Assembly (NCBI RefSeq): GCF_002945325.1
Contig: NZ_CP026606.1
Coordinates: forward strand, 1,350,001-1,382,000
Length of the DNA: 32,000 bases
Direction of reading: 5' to 3'
Source: Methanococcus maripaludis
Lineage (GTDB): Archaea; AGJL01; Methanococci; Methanococcales; Methanococcaceae
Below are positions 1 through 10,358 of the stretch, piece after piece. How positions within the stretch are numbered: position 1 is the first letter of the stretch; the number at the start of each line of letters is the position of its first letter. The translations under genes and the position numbers were made by a program. The notes under the pieces were generated by a model, which worked only from the letters and a program-made list of their open reading frames with translations, ran no database searches and was not told the DNA's origin.

Positions 1-825
1 GGAACCTTGATGGTTCAAGGAGACCTAAAAGAAATGAGTACTAAATATTTAAGAGGAGCAACGATTCCAAAATACGGAAGTACGCTTTACATGGGGATCG
101 GAATTCCAATTCCAGTATTAAACGCAGAAATTGCAAAAACCTGTGCAATAAAAGATGAAGATATTGCAATACCCATATTGGATTACGGAATTCCAAGAAG
201 GGATAAGCCCGAGTTAGGCGTTACAAACTATAAAGATGCAAGATCTGGAAAAGTAACGATTGAAGTCGAAATCGAAGGCAAAAAAGTAGATAAATGCATG
301 AGATCTGCATCAGTTTCAAGTTATAAAGTTTCAAGGGAAATTTCAAAAGAACTTAAAAACTGGATTTCAAATAGCGAATTTATGTTAACCGAAAGACTTG
401 AACCTTTAAAAAGTGCAGCTCCAAAACCAATGAAAGCAAAAATGAAACTTGTAAAAGATATATTGAGCAGACCTGTAGTTGTAGGAAGCTTAAATACTTC
501 AATTACAGAAGCTTCAAGAGTTTTGATTGAAAATAATATAAATCATTTGCCAATTGTGGATGAAAACGGCAAACTTTCAGGAATAATTACGTCATGGGAT
601 ATTGCAAAGGCAATGGCGCAGGATAAACATTCAATTTCTGAAATCATGACTACATATATAGTATCTGCAACACCAGATGAAACTATAGATATGGCAGCAA
701 GAAAAATGAGCAGAAACAATATTTCAGGACTTCCTGTTGTCGATTCAAACAACAAGGTTCTTGGAGTGGTTTCAGCTGAAGATATCTCAAAACTTATCGG
801 GAGAAATGGACTTCATAAAATTTAA
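1..825 (+). CDS. C-terminal part of a COG1900/DUF39 + tandem CBS-domain protein (MJ0100/MA1821-type homocysteine biosynthesis protein); 5' end lies outside the window
   Basis: Frame 1 is open to the window edge. Two CBS repeats are readable (HLPIVDENGKLSGIITSWDI and GLPVVDSNNKVLGVVSAEDI) after a DUF39-like segment. The NIL-ferredoxin partner gene follows 13 nt downstream, as in the MA1821/MA1822 pair. Confidence 0.7.
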   Translation, partial: GTLMVQGDLKEMSTKYLRGATIPKYGSTLYMGIGIPIPVLNAEIAKTCAIKDEDIAIPILDYGIPRRDKPELGVTNYKDARSGKVTIEVEIEGKKVDKCMRSASVSSYKVSREISKELKNWISNSEFMLTERLEPLKSAAPKPMKAKMKLVKDILSRPVVVGSLNTSITEASRVLIENNINHLPIVDENGKLSGIITSWDIAKAMAQDKHSISEIMTTYIVSATPDETIDMAARKMSRNNISGLPVVDSNNKVLGVVSAEDISKLIGRNGLHKI

Positions 826-838
826 TCTGGTGATTTAA

Positions 839-1237
839 GTGAAAAAGAGAGTATTTTACTGGATATCTGGAAGCAACGTAAGAGAACCGGTAGTTTCAAA
901 CGTGGTTTTAGAAACCGGTGTAATGGTAAATATTTTAAAGGCAAAAATGGAACCAAGGGAAGGATTTTTAATTCTCGAATTAACTGGCGATGAAGGGCAG
1001 ATTGAAAAATCTATCGAAATACTGAAAAAATTCGGGGAAGTGGAAGATATTCCAAAAATCATCCAAAAAGATGATGAAAAATGCATTGATTGTGGTGCAT
1101 GTGTCGTTCACTGCCCTGTTGGTGCGCTTTCAGTTGACGAAGAATTTAAAATACTGCTCGACGAAGATGAATGCATTGGATGTAAAAACTGTGCAAAAAT
1201 ATGCCCTGTAAATGCAATTAAAATATTTGAAATCTAA
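839..1237 (+). CDS. NIL-domain / 2x[4Fe-4S] ferredoxin fusion (MA1822-type partner of the COG1900 protein)
   Basis: GTG start at 839 lies 4 nt after GGTGAT (829-834). The C-terminal half carries two CxxCxxCxxxCP motifs (CIDCGACVVHCP, CIGCKNCAKICP). Confidence 0.7.
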   Translation: MKKRVFYWISGSNVREPVVSNVVLETGVMVNILKAKMEPREGFLILELTGDEGQIEKSIEILKKFGEVEDIPKIIQKDDEKCIDCGACVVHCPVGALSVDEEFKILLDEDECIGCKNCAKICPVNAIKIFEI

Positions 1238-1281
1238 TATTTCAATTAAATTTAATTTTTTACTGTTTTTTAGGTGATTTA

Positions 1282-1536
1282 ATGGATTTAACAATAAAAT
1301 TCTTTGCAAAATGCAGGGAAGATTTTGGCGAAGGTTTAAAAATATCAATAGATCTAAATGAAGTATCTGTTTTAGAATTGATTGAAATTTTAGAAAAAGA
1401 CTACAATTTACAATTAAAAGAAGATTTTGAAAATGGGCGAATAATTGTTTCAAAAGACTTTGAAATTGTTTCTTCAAACGATATAATAAATAAAAACAGT
1501 GAAATTGGAATATACCCTCCAGTTTCAGGCGGATAA
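1282..1536 (+). CDS. MoaD/ThiS-family ubiquitin-like sulfur-carrier protein (SAMP-like), 84 aa, C-terminal Gly-Gly
   Basis: AGGTGAT (1272-1278) precedes ATG 1282. The protein ends in the classical MoaD terminus ...IYPPVSGG, and its size is typical of a beta-grasp carrier. Confidence 0.8.
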   Translation: MDLTIKFFAKCREDFGEGLKISIDLNEVSVLELIEILEKDYNLQLKEDFENGRIIVSKDFEIVSSNDIINKNSEIGIYPPVSGG

Positions 1537-1551
1537 ATTTACGTGATTACT

Positions 1552-2487
1552 ATGAAATGCAGAAAATGTGGTAAACCTCCAGTATATCATCAAAAACACT
1601 CTGGAAATAATTATTGTAAAGAGTGTTTCATAAAAGAAACTAAAAGAAAAGTTAGAAAGACTCTTGGAAGGGATGTTCTTAAAAATAACATAAAAGTTGC
1701 AATGGGCCTCAGTGGTGGAAAAGACAGCCTTGTAATGGCTTATCTTTTAAATGAATATTATAAACAGATTCCAAATTCTAATTTAATTGCAATAATGGTT
1801 AATGAGGGAATAGAAGGCTATAGAACTGATGGAATTGATGCAGCAGTAAAATTTTGCGAAGAATATGGCATTGAATACAAAATTGTTCACTTTAAAGATT
1901 ACCTTGGAACCAATCTTGATGAAATTGTAAAAATCGCAAAAGAAAAAAATCTTACAATGAATCCGTGTTCTTTTTGCGGAGTAATTAGGAGAAAAATCTT
2001 AAATCGTGTATCAATAGAAGAAAAATGCGATTTTCTTGCAATTGGACATAATTTAGATGATGTTGCGCAAGCTGTGATGATGAACTACATCGAAGGAGAT
2101 GTAAAAAAACTAGCATTCTTAGGAAAAAGTCTGAAACATCCTAAATTTGTTAAAAGAATAAAACCTTTAGAAAAAATTCCAGAAGATGAAGTACTTTTAC
2201 TTGCAAACATGCTCGAATTAAAGTATCACAAATCCCCCTGTCCGTATTCATGCCTTTCATTTAGATCAGAGGTCTCGGATATTACAGATAACTTAGAAAA
2301 AAACCATCCTGGTTCAAAATATTCAATTGTAAGAGGATACGAAAGACTTCTCGAACATATTGAACTTCCTGGATACACAGGGGAATGTAAAATCTGTGGA
2401 GATTTATCTGCAACCGAAGTTTGTAAGGTATGCGGTTACTTGAAAAATCTTGGAATTTTGGAAAAATCTAAATTTGAAAAGATTTAA
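1552..2487 (+). CDS. ncsA: NcsA/TtuA-type tRNA 2-thiouridine synthetase (PP-loop ATPase with N- and C-terminal CxxC zinc fingers)
   Basis: PP-loop motif GLSGGKDSL. N-terminal CRKCG...CKEC and C-terminal CKICG...CKVCG zinc fingers. Central CSFCG plus the later CPYSC are candidate Fe-S ligands. Start is ATG 1552 (GTGAT 4 nt upstream) or GTG 1543 as in the track. Confidence 0.8.
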   Translation: MKCRKCGKPPVYHQKHSGNNYCKECFIKETKRKVRKTLGRDVLKNNIKVAMGLSGGKDSLVMAYLLNEYYKQIPNSNLIAIMVNEGIEGYRTDGIDAAVKFCEEYGIEYKIVHFKDYLGTNLDEIVKIAKEKNLTMNPCSFCGVIRRKILNRVSIEEKCDFLAIGHNLDDVAQAVMMNYIEGDVKKLAFLGKSLKHPKFVKRIKPLEKIPEDEVLLLANMLELKYHKSPCPYSCLSFRSEVSDITDNLEKNHPGSKYSIVRGYERLLEHIELPGYTGECKICGDLSATEVCKVCGYLKNLGILEKSKFEKI

Positions 2488-2504
2488 TCAATTAAAATAA
2501 AAAT

Positions 2505-3185
2505 TCATTCTTCACAAATCTTTTTTAATTCTTCAAAGTCATCACTCATCAAAGTATTGATGTTTGATTTAATTTTTTCAATTGGCCAGTTCCACCATTT
2601 TATTTTCAAAAGAAGTTCGATTTTTTCATCGGAAAATCTTTTTTTAATTATTTTTGCAGGATTTCCGCCAACTATCGTATATGGTTCTACATTTTTTGTA
2701 ACAATACTTCCCGTTGCAATTACTGCTCCACTGCCAATTTTAACACCGGGCATAATTGTTACATTTGCACCAATCCATACATCGTTTTCAATTTCAGTAT
2801 CTCCTTTTTTCAAATACCCTTTTCCATTTTCGCATTTTAAATCTTCAGGAGTTTCAGAAATTAATGTTAAAGGATATGTCGAAATCCAGTCGTATCTGTG
2901 CCCCTGATTTCCGCCCATTATAAATTTAACGCCTGAAGCAATGCTGCAGAATTTGCCAATAATTAATTTATCCATGTCTTTGCAATTGTCGATTTCATCA
3001 AGATACATTATACAGTCTTTAAAGTTTTTTCCTTCGTAGTAGCCCGAATAATACGTATATTCCCCGATTTCGACGTTTTCACTTTTTATTTTTTCCCGAG
3101 TTATTCCGTTTCCCTTTACAGGGTATTTCGGGTTTTCATTCATTATTTTAATATCTCTATACGATTCAAATGGATTAGAATTCAA
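2505..3185 (-). CDS. Hexapeptide-repeat xenobiotic acetyltransferase (XAT class, Vat/CatB-like)
   Basis: TTG start sits behind GGAGGT. Left-handed beta-helix repeats are readable (IGANVTIMPGVKIGSGAVIATGSIVTK). The XAT signature GGNQGHRYDWISTYP is present. Confidence 0.75.
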   Translation of the reverse strand: MNSNPFESYRDIKIMNENPKYPVKGNGITREKIKSENVEIGEYTYYSGYYEGKNFKDCIMYLDEIDNCKDMDKLIIGKFCSIASGVKFIMGGNQGHRYDWISTYPLTLISETPEDLKCENGKGYLKKGDTEIENDVWIGANVTIMPGVKIGSGAVIATGSIVTKNVEPYTIVGGNPAKIIKKRFSDEKIELLLKIKWWNWPIEKIKSNINTLMSDDFEELKKICEE

Positions 3186-3200
3186 AATATACCTCCTAAT

Positions 3201-4352
3201 TTAGCAATTTTTACAAGTTTTACAATTTCTTAAGTTTAAAAGCTGTTCTTCAATTTTTTCCATTTCTTCGGGCGTTGCATTTGTTATTGGGTGTTTTGGA
3301 ACTGCAAAACAGCTTACTTCTTTACTTGTGGAAATATCAAAAGTTCCAATTTTTCTTGCGATATCCATAATTTCAACTTTGTCAAGTCCGATTAAAGGTC
3401 TTAAAATCGGGTAGTCAATTCCTTCACTAATTACTCGCAAATTTTTAAGAGTTTGGGATGCAACCTGCCCCATATTATCTCCATTTACAATAGCATCACA
3501 TTTATGCCATTTAGCATGTTTTTCAGCCAGTTTAAGCATGTATTTTTTACAGTAAAGACACGTGTATTTATCCCTATTAATTTCTGTGAGTTCGGCTTTA
3601 ATTTTTGCAAGTTCTTCATTAAAGTCTACGTATACAAATTTAGCTTCAGGGTCAAAGTCACTTAAAACATCAACAAGTTTTTGAGTTTTTTCAAGTCCTT
3701 CATCCGAAGTTTTCATGTGTAATAATAAAAGTTTACATCCCCTTTTTGCCATCATGTACGCAGAAACAGGGCTATCGATTCCATCGGATAATAAAACAAT
3801 AACTTGCCCTTGAGTTCCAACGGGGATTCCACCGATTCCTTCGATTCGTTCTGCAAATACGTAAGCGTATTCGTTGAATACTTCGATATCAAGTGAAATT
3901 GTAGGGTTTTTTAAATCTACTTTTATTCCGTATTTTTCAGAAATTGGGCCCCCCACTTCCATATTTACTTCAAGTGACGTTAACGGGAATTTTTTCTGAG
4001 GTCTTTGGGTTTTTACTCTAAATGTAATATTTTCTTTATTTTCGTAACGCTCAATTTCTTTTTCAAAAAGTTCTGATGAAATTTTCTTAATCTGTTCGAT
4101 ATCTGGATCTATGTAGTAGCAAGGGCTAAATGATACAATTCCAGGTACTTTTTTTAATAGTTCCTTCATCTTTTCGAAATTTTCTTCAGGAACATCTACA
4201 ATCAATCGCGTATGGATTATTTCAACTTCTGCGGAAATCCCATATTTTTTTGCAAGTTTGGAAATGTTTTTTGCAAGTAATTTTTCAAACCTGTGCATGG
4301 TCTGTCTTGATTTTGTTCCAATTTCTCCGTATCTCACAATAAATTTTTTCAA
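3201..4352 (-). CDS. thiI: tRNA 4-thiouridine synthase ThiI (THUMP + PP-loop, no rhodanese domain)
   Basis: TTG start sits behind AGGTTGAG. PP-loop LLSDGIDSPV. Conserved cysteines are CLYCKK and SCFAV, the pattern reported as Fe-S ligands in methanococcal ThiI. The protein ends without a rhodanese domain. Confidence 0.85.
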   Translation of the reverse strand: MKKFIVRYGEIGTKSRQTMHRFEKLLAKNISKLAKKYGISAEVEIIHTRLIVDVPEENFEKMKELLKKVPGIVSFSPCYYIDPDIEQIKKISSELFEKEIERYENKENITFRVKTQRPQKKFPLTSLEVNMEVGGPISEKYGIKVDLKNPTISLDIEVFNEYAYVFAERIEGIGGIPVGTQGQVIVLLSDGIDSPVSAYMMAKRGCKLLLLHMKTSDEGLEKTQKLVDVLSDFDPEAKFVYVDFNEELAKIKAELTEINRDKYTCLYCKKYMLKLAEKHAKWHKCDAIVNGDNMGQVASQTLKNLRVISEGIDYPILRPLIGLDKVEIMDIARKIGTFDISTSKEVSCFAVPKHPITNATPEEMEKIEEQLLNLRNCKTCKNC

Positions 4353-4445
4353 TATCTCAACCTAAAACCGTTTTTAAACCAATAATAAATGAATTTAAAT
4401 AAAATAGCTACATCCTAAATAAATACTTTCAAACAGTTATTCTCT

Positions 4446-4461
4446 ATATAACATGTTATAT
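4446..4461. promoter_or_regulatory. Perfect 16-bp palindrome ATATAACATGTTATAT in the thiI / PP-loop divergent intergenic region (two back-to-back TATA-like halves)
   Basis: The sequence is its own reverse complement. Its left edge is 45 nt upstream of ATG 4491, a distance suited to a TATA box for the plus-strand gene. Confidence 0.35.
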
Positions 4462-4490
4462 TTATGTGATGATTATTATCGGGTGAATTT

Positions 4491-5465
4491 ATGATCGACT
4501 TAAAAGAGTTAAAAAAATATTGCAATCCTTCCTATTTAACGATAAGAAACGATAAAATTATTGTGGGAAACAAAGGTTTGGCGAGACTTTCAAAGGAAAA
4601 AATGAGAAAAATTGAAAACGATTTTGGAATTCCTGTTGTTTATTCTCGGGTTTTTGAAGAAATTTCTGAAAGAATGGGAAGATTCGTTTCAAAAAATAAT
4701 ATAATTTCTCCAAAAGACAAAATACTGGTCGGATTAAGTGGTGGAAAGGACAGCCTTGCACTTCTGCACCTTTTAGAGCCTTACCGCCGAAAATACGGGG
4801 TTCAAATTTATGCTGTAACAGTTGATTTAAACATAAACGGAATAAGGCCATGGACAGAAAGCAACAAAAACGTGGAAAAAATTGCAGAGCACTGTAAAAA
4901 TCTAAATATTCCCCACAAAATAATTGCGCATGATGGAAATGTTGTTGAAATGTCAAAAATACTTTCAGAAAACACGAAGGGAATTGAATATTCACCGTGT
5001 TTTTCGTGTTCAATGGTTAGAAGACATGTTTTAACGAATTATGCAAAAAATAACTTTGAAAGCGATTCAAACGTAAAAATTGCAATAGGTCACACGTTAG
5101 AGGACAATTCTGACACGATAATGGCAAATATATTTAAAGGAAATATAATAAAAGCACTAGAGCCGATTAAAAACTTCAATGAGACAGATGTAGACTTTAA
5201 AGATTTTAAATTAAATCTTAAAAGCTGCTGTATGATTAGACCGATGCTTAATGTCTCAGAAGAAAAAATCGTAAAGGCATTAGTTGAATGCGATATTGAA
5301 TACTATCATGATAAGGATGAATGTCCTTACAGCAGACATAATGGGAACGGAATAAGGAAAAAGTCCCATGAAGTTTTGGAGTCAATCGAAGAAGATGTTC
5401 CAAACATTCGGGAAATGGTTATTTCTTCAATATTAAATAGTATTGAACACTATAAACAAAAATGA
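4491..5465 (+). CDS. TtcA/TilS-family PP-loop ATPase, probable tRNA thiolation enzyme of unassigned specificity
   Basis: GGGTGA (4481-4486) precedes ATG 4491. PP-loop GLSGGKDSLAL. CFSC and the later ECPYS cysteines resemble TtcA/TtuA cluster ligands. There is a ~70-aa N-terminal extension without zinc-finger cysteines. Confidence 0.65.
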   Translation: MIDLKELKKYCNPSYLTIRNDKIIVGNKGLARLSKEKMRKIENDFGIPVVYSRVFEEISERMGRFVSKNNIISPKDKILVGLSGGKDSLALLHLLEPYRRKYGVQIYAVTVDLNINGIRPWTESNKNVEKIAEHCKNLNIPHKIIAHDGNVVEMSKILSENTKGIEYSPCFSCSMVRRHVLTNYAKNNFESDSNVKIAIGHTLEDNSDTIMANIFKGNIIKALEPIKNFNETDVDFKDFKLNLKSCCMIRPMLNVSEEKIVKALVECDIEYYHDKDECPYSRHNGNGIRKKSHEVLESIEEDVPNIREMVISSILNSIEHYKQK

Positions 5466-5528
5466 TAAATTGATATATGATTTTGAAATTCCTAAAACAA
5501 AATCTAAAAACTAAAAAACTAGCAATAA

Positions 5529-6344
<816 letters not shown>

Positions 6345-6360
6345 AAATCTTTTAATTAAC

Positions 6361-6421
6361 TTTTTTTAAATATTTAAATCTGGAATTTTCTTGAATTTTT
6401 TATTATTTTTTTAGTTTTTTT
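6361..6421 (+). terminator. Oligo-T terminator zone downstream of thi4
   Basis: Four T-runs of 6-7 nt lie within 60 nt (6361-6367, 6396-6401, 6406-6412, 6415-6421). Archaeal termination uses oligo-T tracts. Confidence 0.5.
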
Positions 6422-6507
6422 ATTAGTTTAGCGTTAAATTTTAATAATTTATTTAAATATATTATATCAAATCTGATTTCGGACTGAAACCGACTGGTGA
6501 ACACATA

Positions 6508-6993
6508 ATGATTATAAATATACGAAAATTCCGCGAAAAGGACCTAAAACGGGTAATGGAAATAGAAAAGGAATCTTTTGATAAAAATTATCCGGAATTT
6601 TTGATGATGCACATATATTCCTCTTTTCCTGATGGTTTTTTAGTTGCAGAGGATGAAAACGAAAAAGTGGTCGGCTACATCATTGCACTCATGGAATGGG
6701 GAAACGGCCATATCGTATCGATTGCGGTAGATTTAGCTTACCAAAATTATGGAATTGGAAATGCACTAATTAAATCTGTTGAAAACTTTTTATTTAACGA
6801 GTGCCACGCAAAACACTGCGTTTTAGAAGTTCGTTTTGACAACAAAAAAGCGAGAGAATTTTATTATAAAAGAGATTACGTTGATAGAAAAGTCCTCTAT
6901 AATTATTATGACGATGGTGCAGATGCAATACTCATGATAAAAAGGAGATTTGATTTATCTGGAAGTTATCCTATTTTTGTGAACATGTGGTAG
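6508..6993 (+). CDS. GNAT-family N-acetyltransferase, RimI/Ard1-like protein N-terminal acetyltransferase
   Basis: GGTGA (6496-6500) precedes ATG 6508. GNAT motif A IVSIAVDLAYQNYGIGNALI. N-terminus IRKFREKDLKRVMEIEKESF is typical of RimI-type enzymes. Confidence 0.7.
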   Translation: MIINIRKFREKDLKRVMEIEKESFDKNYPEFLMMHIYSSFPDGFLVAEDENEKVVGYIIALMEWGNGHIVSIAVDLAYQNYGIGNALIKSVENFLFNECHAKHCVLEVRFDNKKAREFYYKRDYVDRKVLYNYYDDGADAILMIKRRFDLSGSYPIFVNMW

Positions 6994-6999
6994 ATAATC

Positions 7000-8313
7000 A
7001 TGAAAATTACAATTTATTCAAAGGATATATACACCTACGGCGCCATGTTGATCGGCGGAATTTTAAAAGAAACGCATAAACATAGTATAAAACTTACAAA
7101 GGATATAACTAATAAGAAACTTTTTTTAAAATCTGATATAGTTATTTTTAGCCTTTATTCTACGCTAAATATTATCGATCCAATGATTAAAGAGACAATT
7201 GACTATTTAAAATCTAAAAACATAAAAATTTATGTTGCTGGACCCGTTTCAGCATATCCTGAGATTATCCTAAACGAATTAAATGTTGATGGGGTAATTT
7301 TAGGGGAAGGCGAACTTACAACTCCAGAAATTATTAACGGAAGCACTGAAGGATTGGCATATTTTGAAAATGGCGAAATGATAGTTAATAAACCAAAATC
7401 AAAGCCTGATTTAGATTTTTCAAAAATTTACGTTCCAAAAGATATTGCAGCTCAAAATGTACGGGGTGCAAATGTATATATTGAAACTCACAGGGGCTGT
7501 CTTGGACACTGCACGTTTTGCCAGGTTCCTGAATTTTTTGGGCGAGACATCCGGAGTAAACCAATCGAATTAATAATTGAAGAAGTGAAAGAGCTTAAAA
7601 AAAGTGGTGTTAATAGAATTGCGATAAGTGGGGGCACGGGAAGCCTCTATAACTTTAAAAACACGGTAAACAAAAATAAATTTATAGAAATGATTGAAAG
7701 TGTTTCAGATATAATTGGGAAGCAAAATCTATCCGTTCCTGACATGAGGGTTGACTACGTTGACGAAGAAGTTTTAAACGCCATTAAAAATTATTCAATT
7801 GGATGGGTATTCTACGGAATTGAAAGCGGAAGTGACAGACTTTTAAATTCAATGAAAAAAGGAACAAATTCAAAGAAAAATTTAAAAGCAATCAAACTTG
7901 CAAAAGACTGTGGGGTAAAAGTTGCTGGAAGCTTTATTGTAGGACACCCTCAAGAAAAAGAAGTCGACTTTTTACTGACAAAAGATTTTATTGTCGATGC
8001 AGAACTTGAAGATGTGTTTGTAAGTGCTGCTGAACCGATTCCAAAAACGGAACTTTGTAACGAAGTATTAAATACAAAAATGGATGAAAATCCAACTTTT
8101 ATTTCACACAATGGGCCTTACCGAAGATATGGGTTAAAAGAAAATGAAGCAAGGGCATATGATTTAATGCTTCATTCAGAAATGTGGAAATCAAATCCAA
8201 GAGTTATTACAAATAATCTATCAAAAGTATATCTGGATGAAGCAAAAATGCAAGGTTCAGATATACGAAAGGCAACCGAGTTAATATTTAAGTACAGGGA
8301 TTTCTTAATTTAA
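7000..8313 (+). CDS. Radical SAM enzyme with N-terminal B12-binding-like/flavodoxin-like domain, substrate unknown
   Basis: CLGHCTFC matches the CxxxCxxC radical SAM cluster motif. An N-terminal alternating beta/alpha region precedes it. The gene starts 6 nt after the GNAT stop. Confidence 0.75.
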   Translation: MKITIYSKDIYTYGAMLIGGILKETHKHSIKLTKDITNKKLFLKSDIVIFSLYSTLNIIDPMIKETIDYLKSKNIKIYVAGPVSAYPEIILNELNVDGVILGEGELTTPEIINGSTEGLAYFENGEMIVNKPKSKPDLDFSKIYVPKDIAAQNVRGANVYIETHRGCLGHCTFCQVPEFFGRDIRSKPIELIIEEVKELKKSGVNRIAISGGTGSLYNFKNTVNKNKFIEMIESVSDIIGKQNLSVPDMRVDYVDEEVLNAIKNYSIGWVFYGIESGSDRLLNSMKKGTNSKKNLKAIKLAKDCGVKVAGSFIVGHPQEKEVDFLLTKDFIVDAELEDVFVSAAEPIPKTELCNEVLNTKMDENPTFISHNGPYRRYGLKENEARAYDLMLHSEMWKSNPRVITNNLSKVYLDEAKMQGSDIRKATELIFKYRDFLI

Positions 8314-8329
8314 ATTAAGAGGTATTATC

Positions 8330-9106
8330 ATGATGAGAACAAACGAACAGTTAGAAGAACTTGCAAACAATATTTGTAATTTTATAAAGGAACAGGTAGA
8401 AAATGCAGACGCAAAAGGCGTTGTAGTAGGACTAAGTGGAGGGATAGACAGTGCCCTTGTAGCATATCTTTCAGTAAGAGCTCTTGGAAAAGAAAATGTC
8501 TTTGGGGTAATAATGCCTGAAAAAAATTCAAATCCTGATGATGAAAAGTACGGAAAACTCGTTGCAGAATCTCTTGGAATTGAATATGAAGTATTTGATA
8601 TAACTCCTGTTTTGGTTGCATTTGGTGCAGGGGGGTACGTTGAAGGAAAAGAGTTTGACAAACGGGTGGATTCAAATTTAAAACCTAGAATCAGGATGAC
8701 TGAAGTTTACTACCACGCAAACAAGAAAAATTACCTTGTTGCAGGAACTTCCAATAAATCGGAAATCTATATGGGTTACGGAACGAAATACGGGGATCTT
8801 GGAAGCGATTTTTTAACTATCGGAAACCTTTTCAAAACCGAAGTAAGGCAACTTGCAGGCTATGTAGGAGTTCCAAAAGATATAATTGATAAAGCACCTT
8901 CGGCAGGACTTTGGGAAGGTCAAACTGACGAAGACGAACTTGGAATTTCTTATGAAACTCTCGACAAACTCCTAAATTTAATGGAAAAAGGAAAAGAAAT
9001 TGGCGATATATGCGAATTTTTAAGTATTCCTCCCGAAAAAGTGGGAGAATTAATGCTCAGAATTTCAACAAATAAGCACAAATCACTTCCATTACCAATG
9101 CCTTAA
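8330..9106 (+). CDS. nadE: NH3-dependent NAD+ synthetase
   Basis: PP-loop VVGLSGGIDSALVA. Downstream GTSNKSE and YGDLGSDF motifs are characteristic of NadE. Confidence 0.9.
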   Translation: MMRTNEQLEELANNICNFIKEQVENADAKGVVVGLSGGIDSALVAYLSVRALGKENVFGVIMPEKNSNPDDEKYGKLVAESLGIEYEVFDITPVLVAFGAGGYVEGKEFDKRVDSNLKPRIRMTEVYYHANKKNYLVAGTSNKSEIYMGYGTKYGDLGSDFLTIGNLFKTEVRQLAGYVGVPKDIIDKAPSAGLWEGQTDEDELGISYETLDKLLNLMEKGKEIGDICEFLSIPPEKVGELMLRISTNKHKSLPLPMP

Positions 9107-9112
9107 ATTTAA

Positions 9113-10216
<1,104 letters not shown>

Positions 10217-10224
10217 TATAATTC

Positions 10225-10232
10225 TTTTTTTT
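10225..10232 (+). terminator. T8 tract immediately after the Toprim-reductase ORF
   Basis: A run of 8 T lies 9 nt after the TAA stop at 10214-10216. Confidence 0.45.
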
Positions 10233-10343
10233 AAATTATTTATTACTTGGATATTCGAATAAATAAATTTAAATGAATCATCCAGATATTTTGAATTTAA
10301 AACTGATTAACTCGTATAATTGGAAAAAGAATACGTTTTTTTA

Positions 10344-10358
10344 CGAAAATTATAAATA
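10344..10358 (+). promoter_or_regulatory. BRE/TATA promoter of the histone gene
   Basis: CGAAA followed by ATTATAAATA lies ~50 nt upstream of ATG 10406. GAAGGTGAT (10394-10402) is the SD. Spacing fits a TSS near 10380. Confidence 0.5.

Noticed and set aside
2505-3185. XAT acetyltransferase as part of a horizontally acquired resistance island
   Set aside because: There are no flanking integrase, transposase, repeats or tRNA target. Base composition and SD usage look native, and the gene is tightly coupled to thiI. It is kept as a finding only for its odd operon context.
6476-6500. Hairpin TCGG-ACTGAAA-CCGA with two CTGA motifs just upstream of the GNAT SD, considered as a C/D-box or regulatory element
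   Set aside because: It is only a 4-bp stem with no C box (UGAUGA). It is most simply part of an ordinary 5' UTR.
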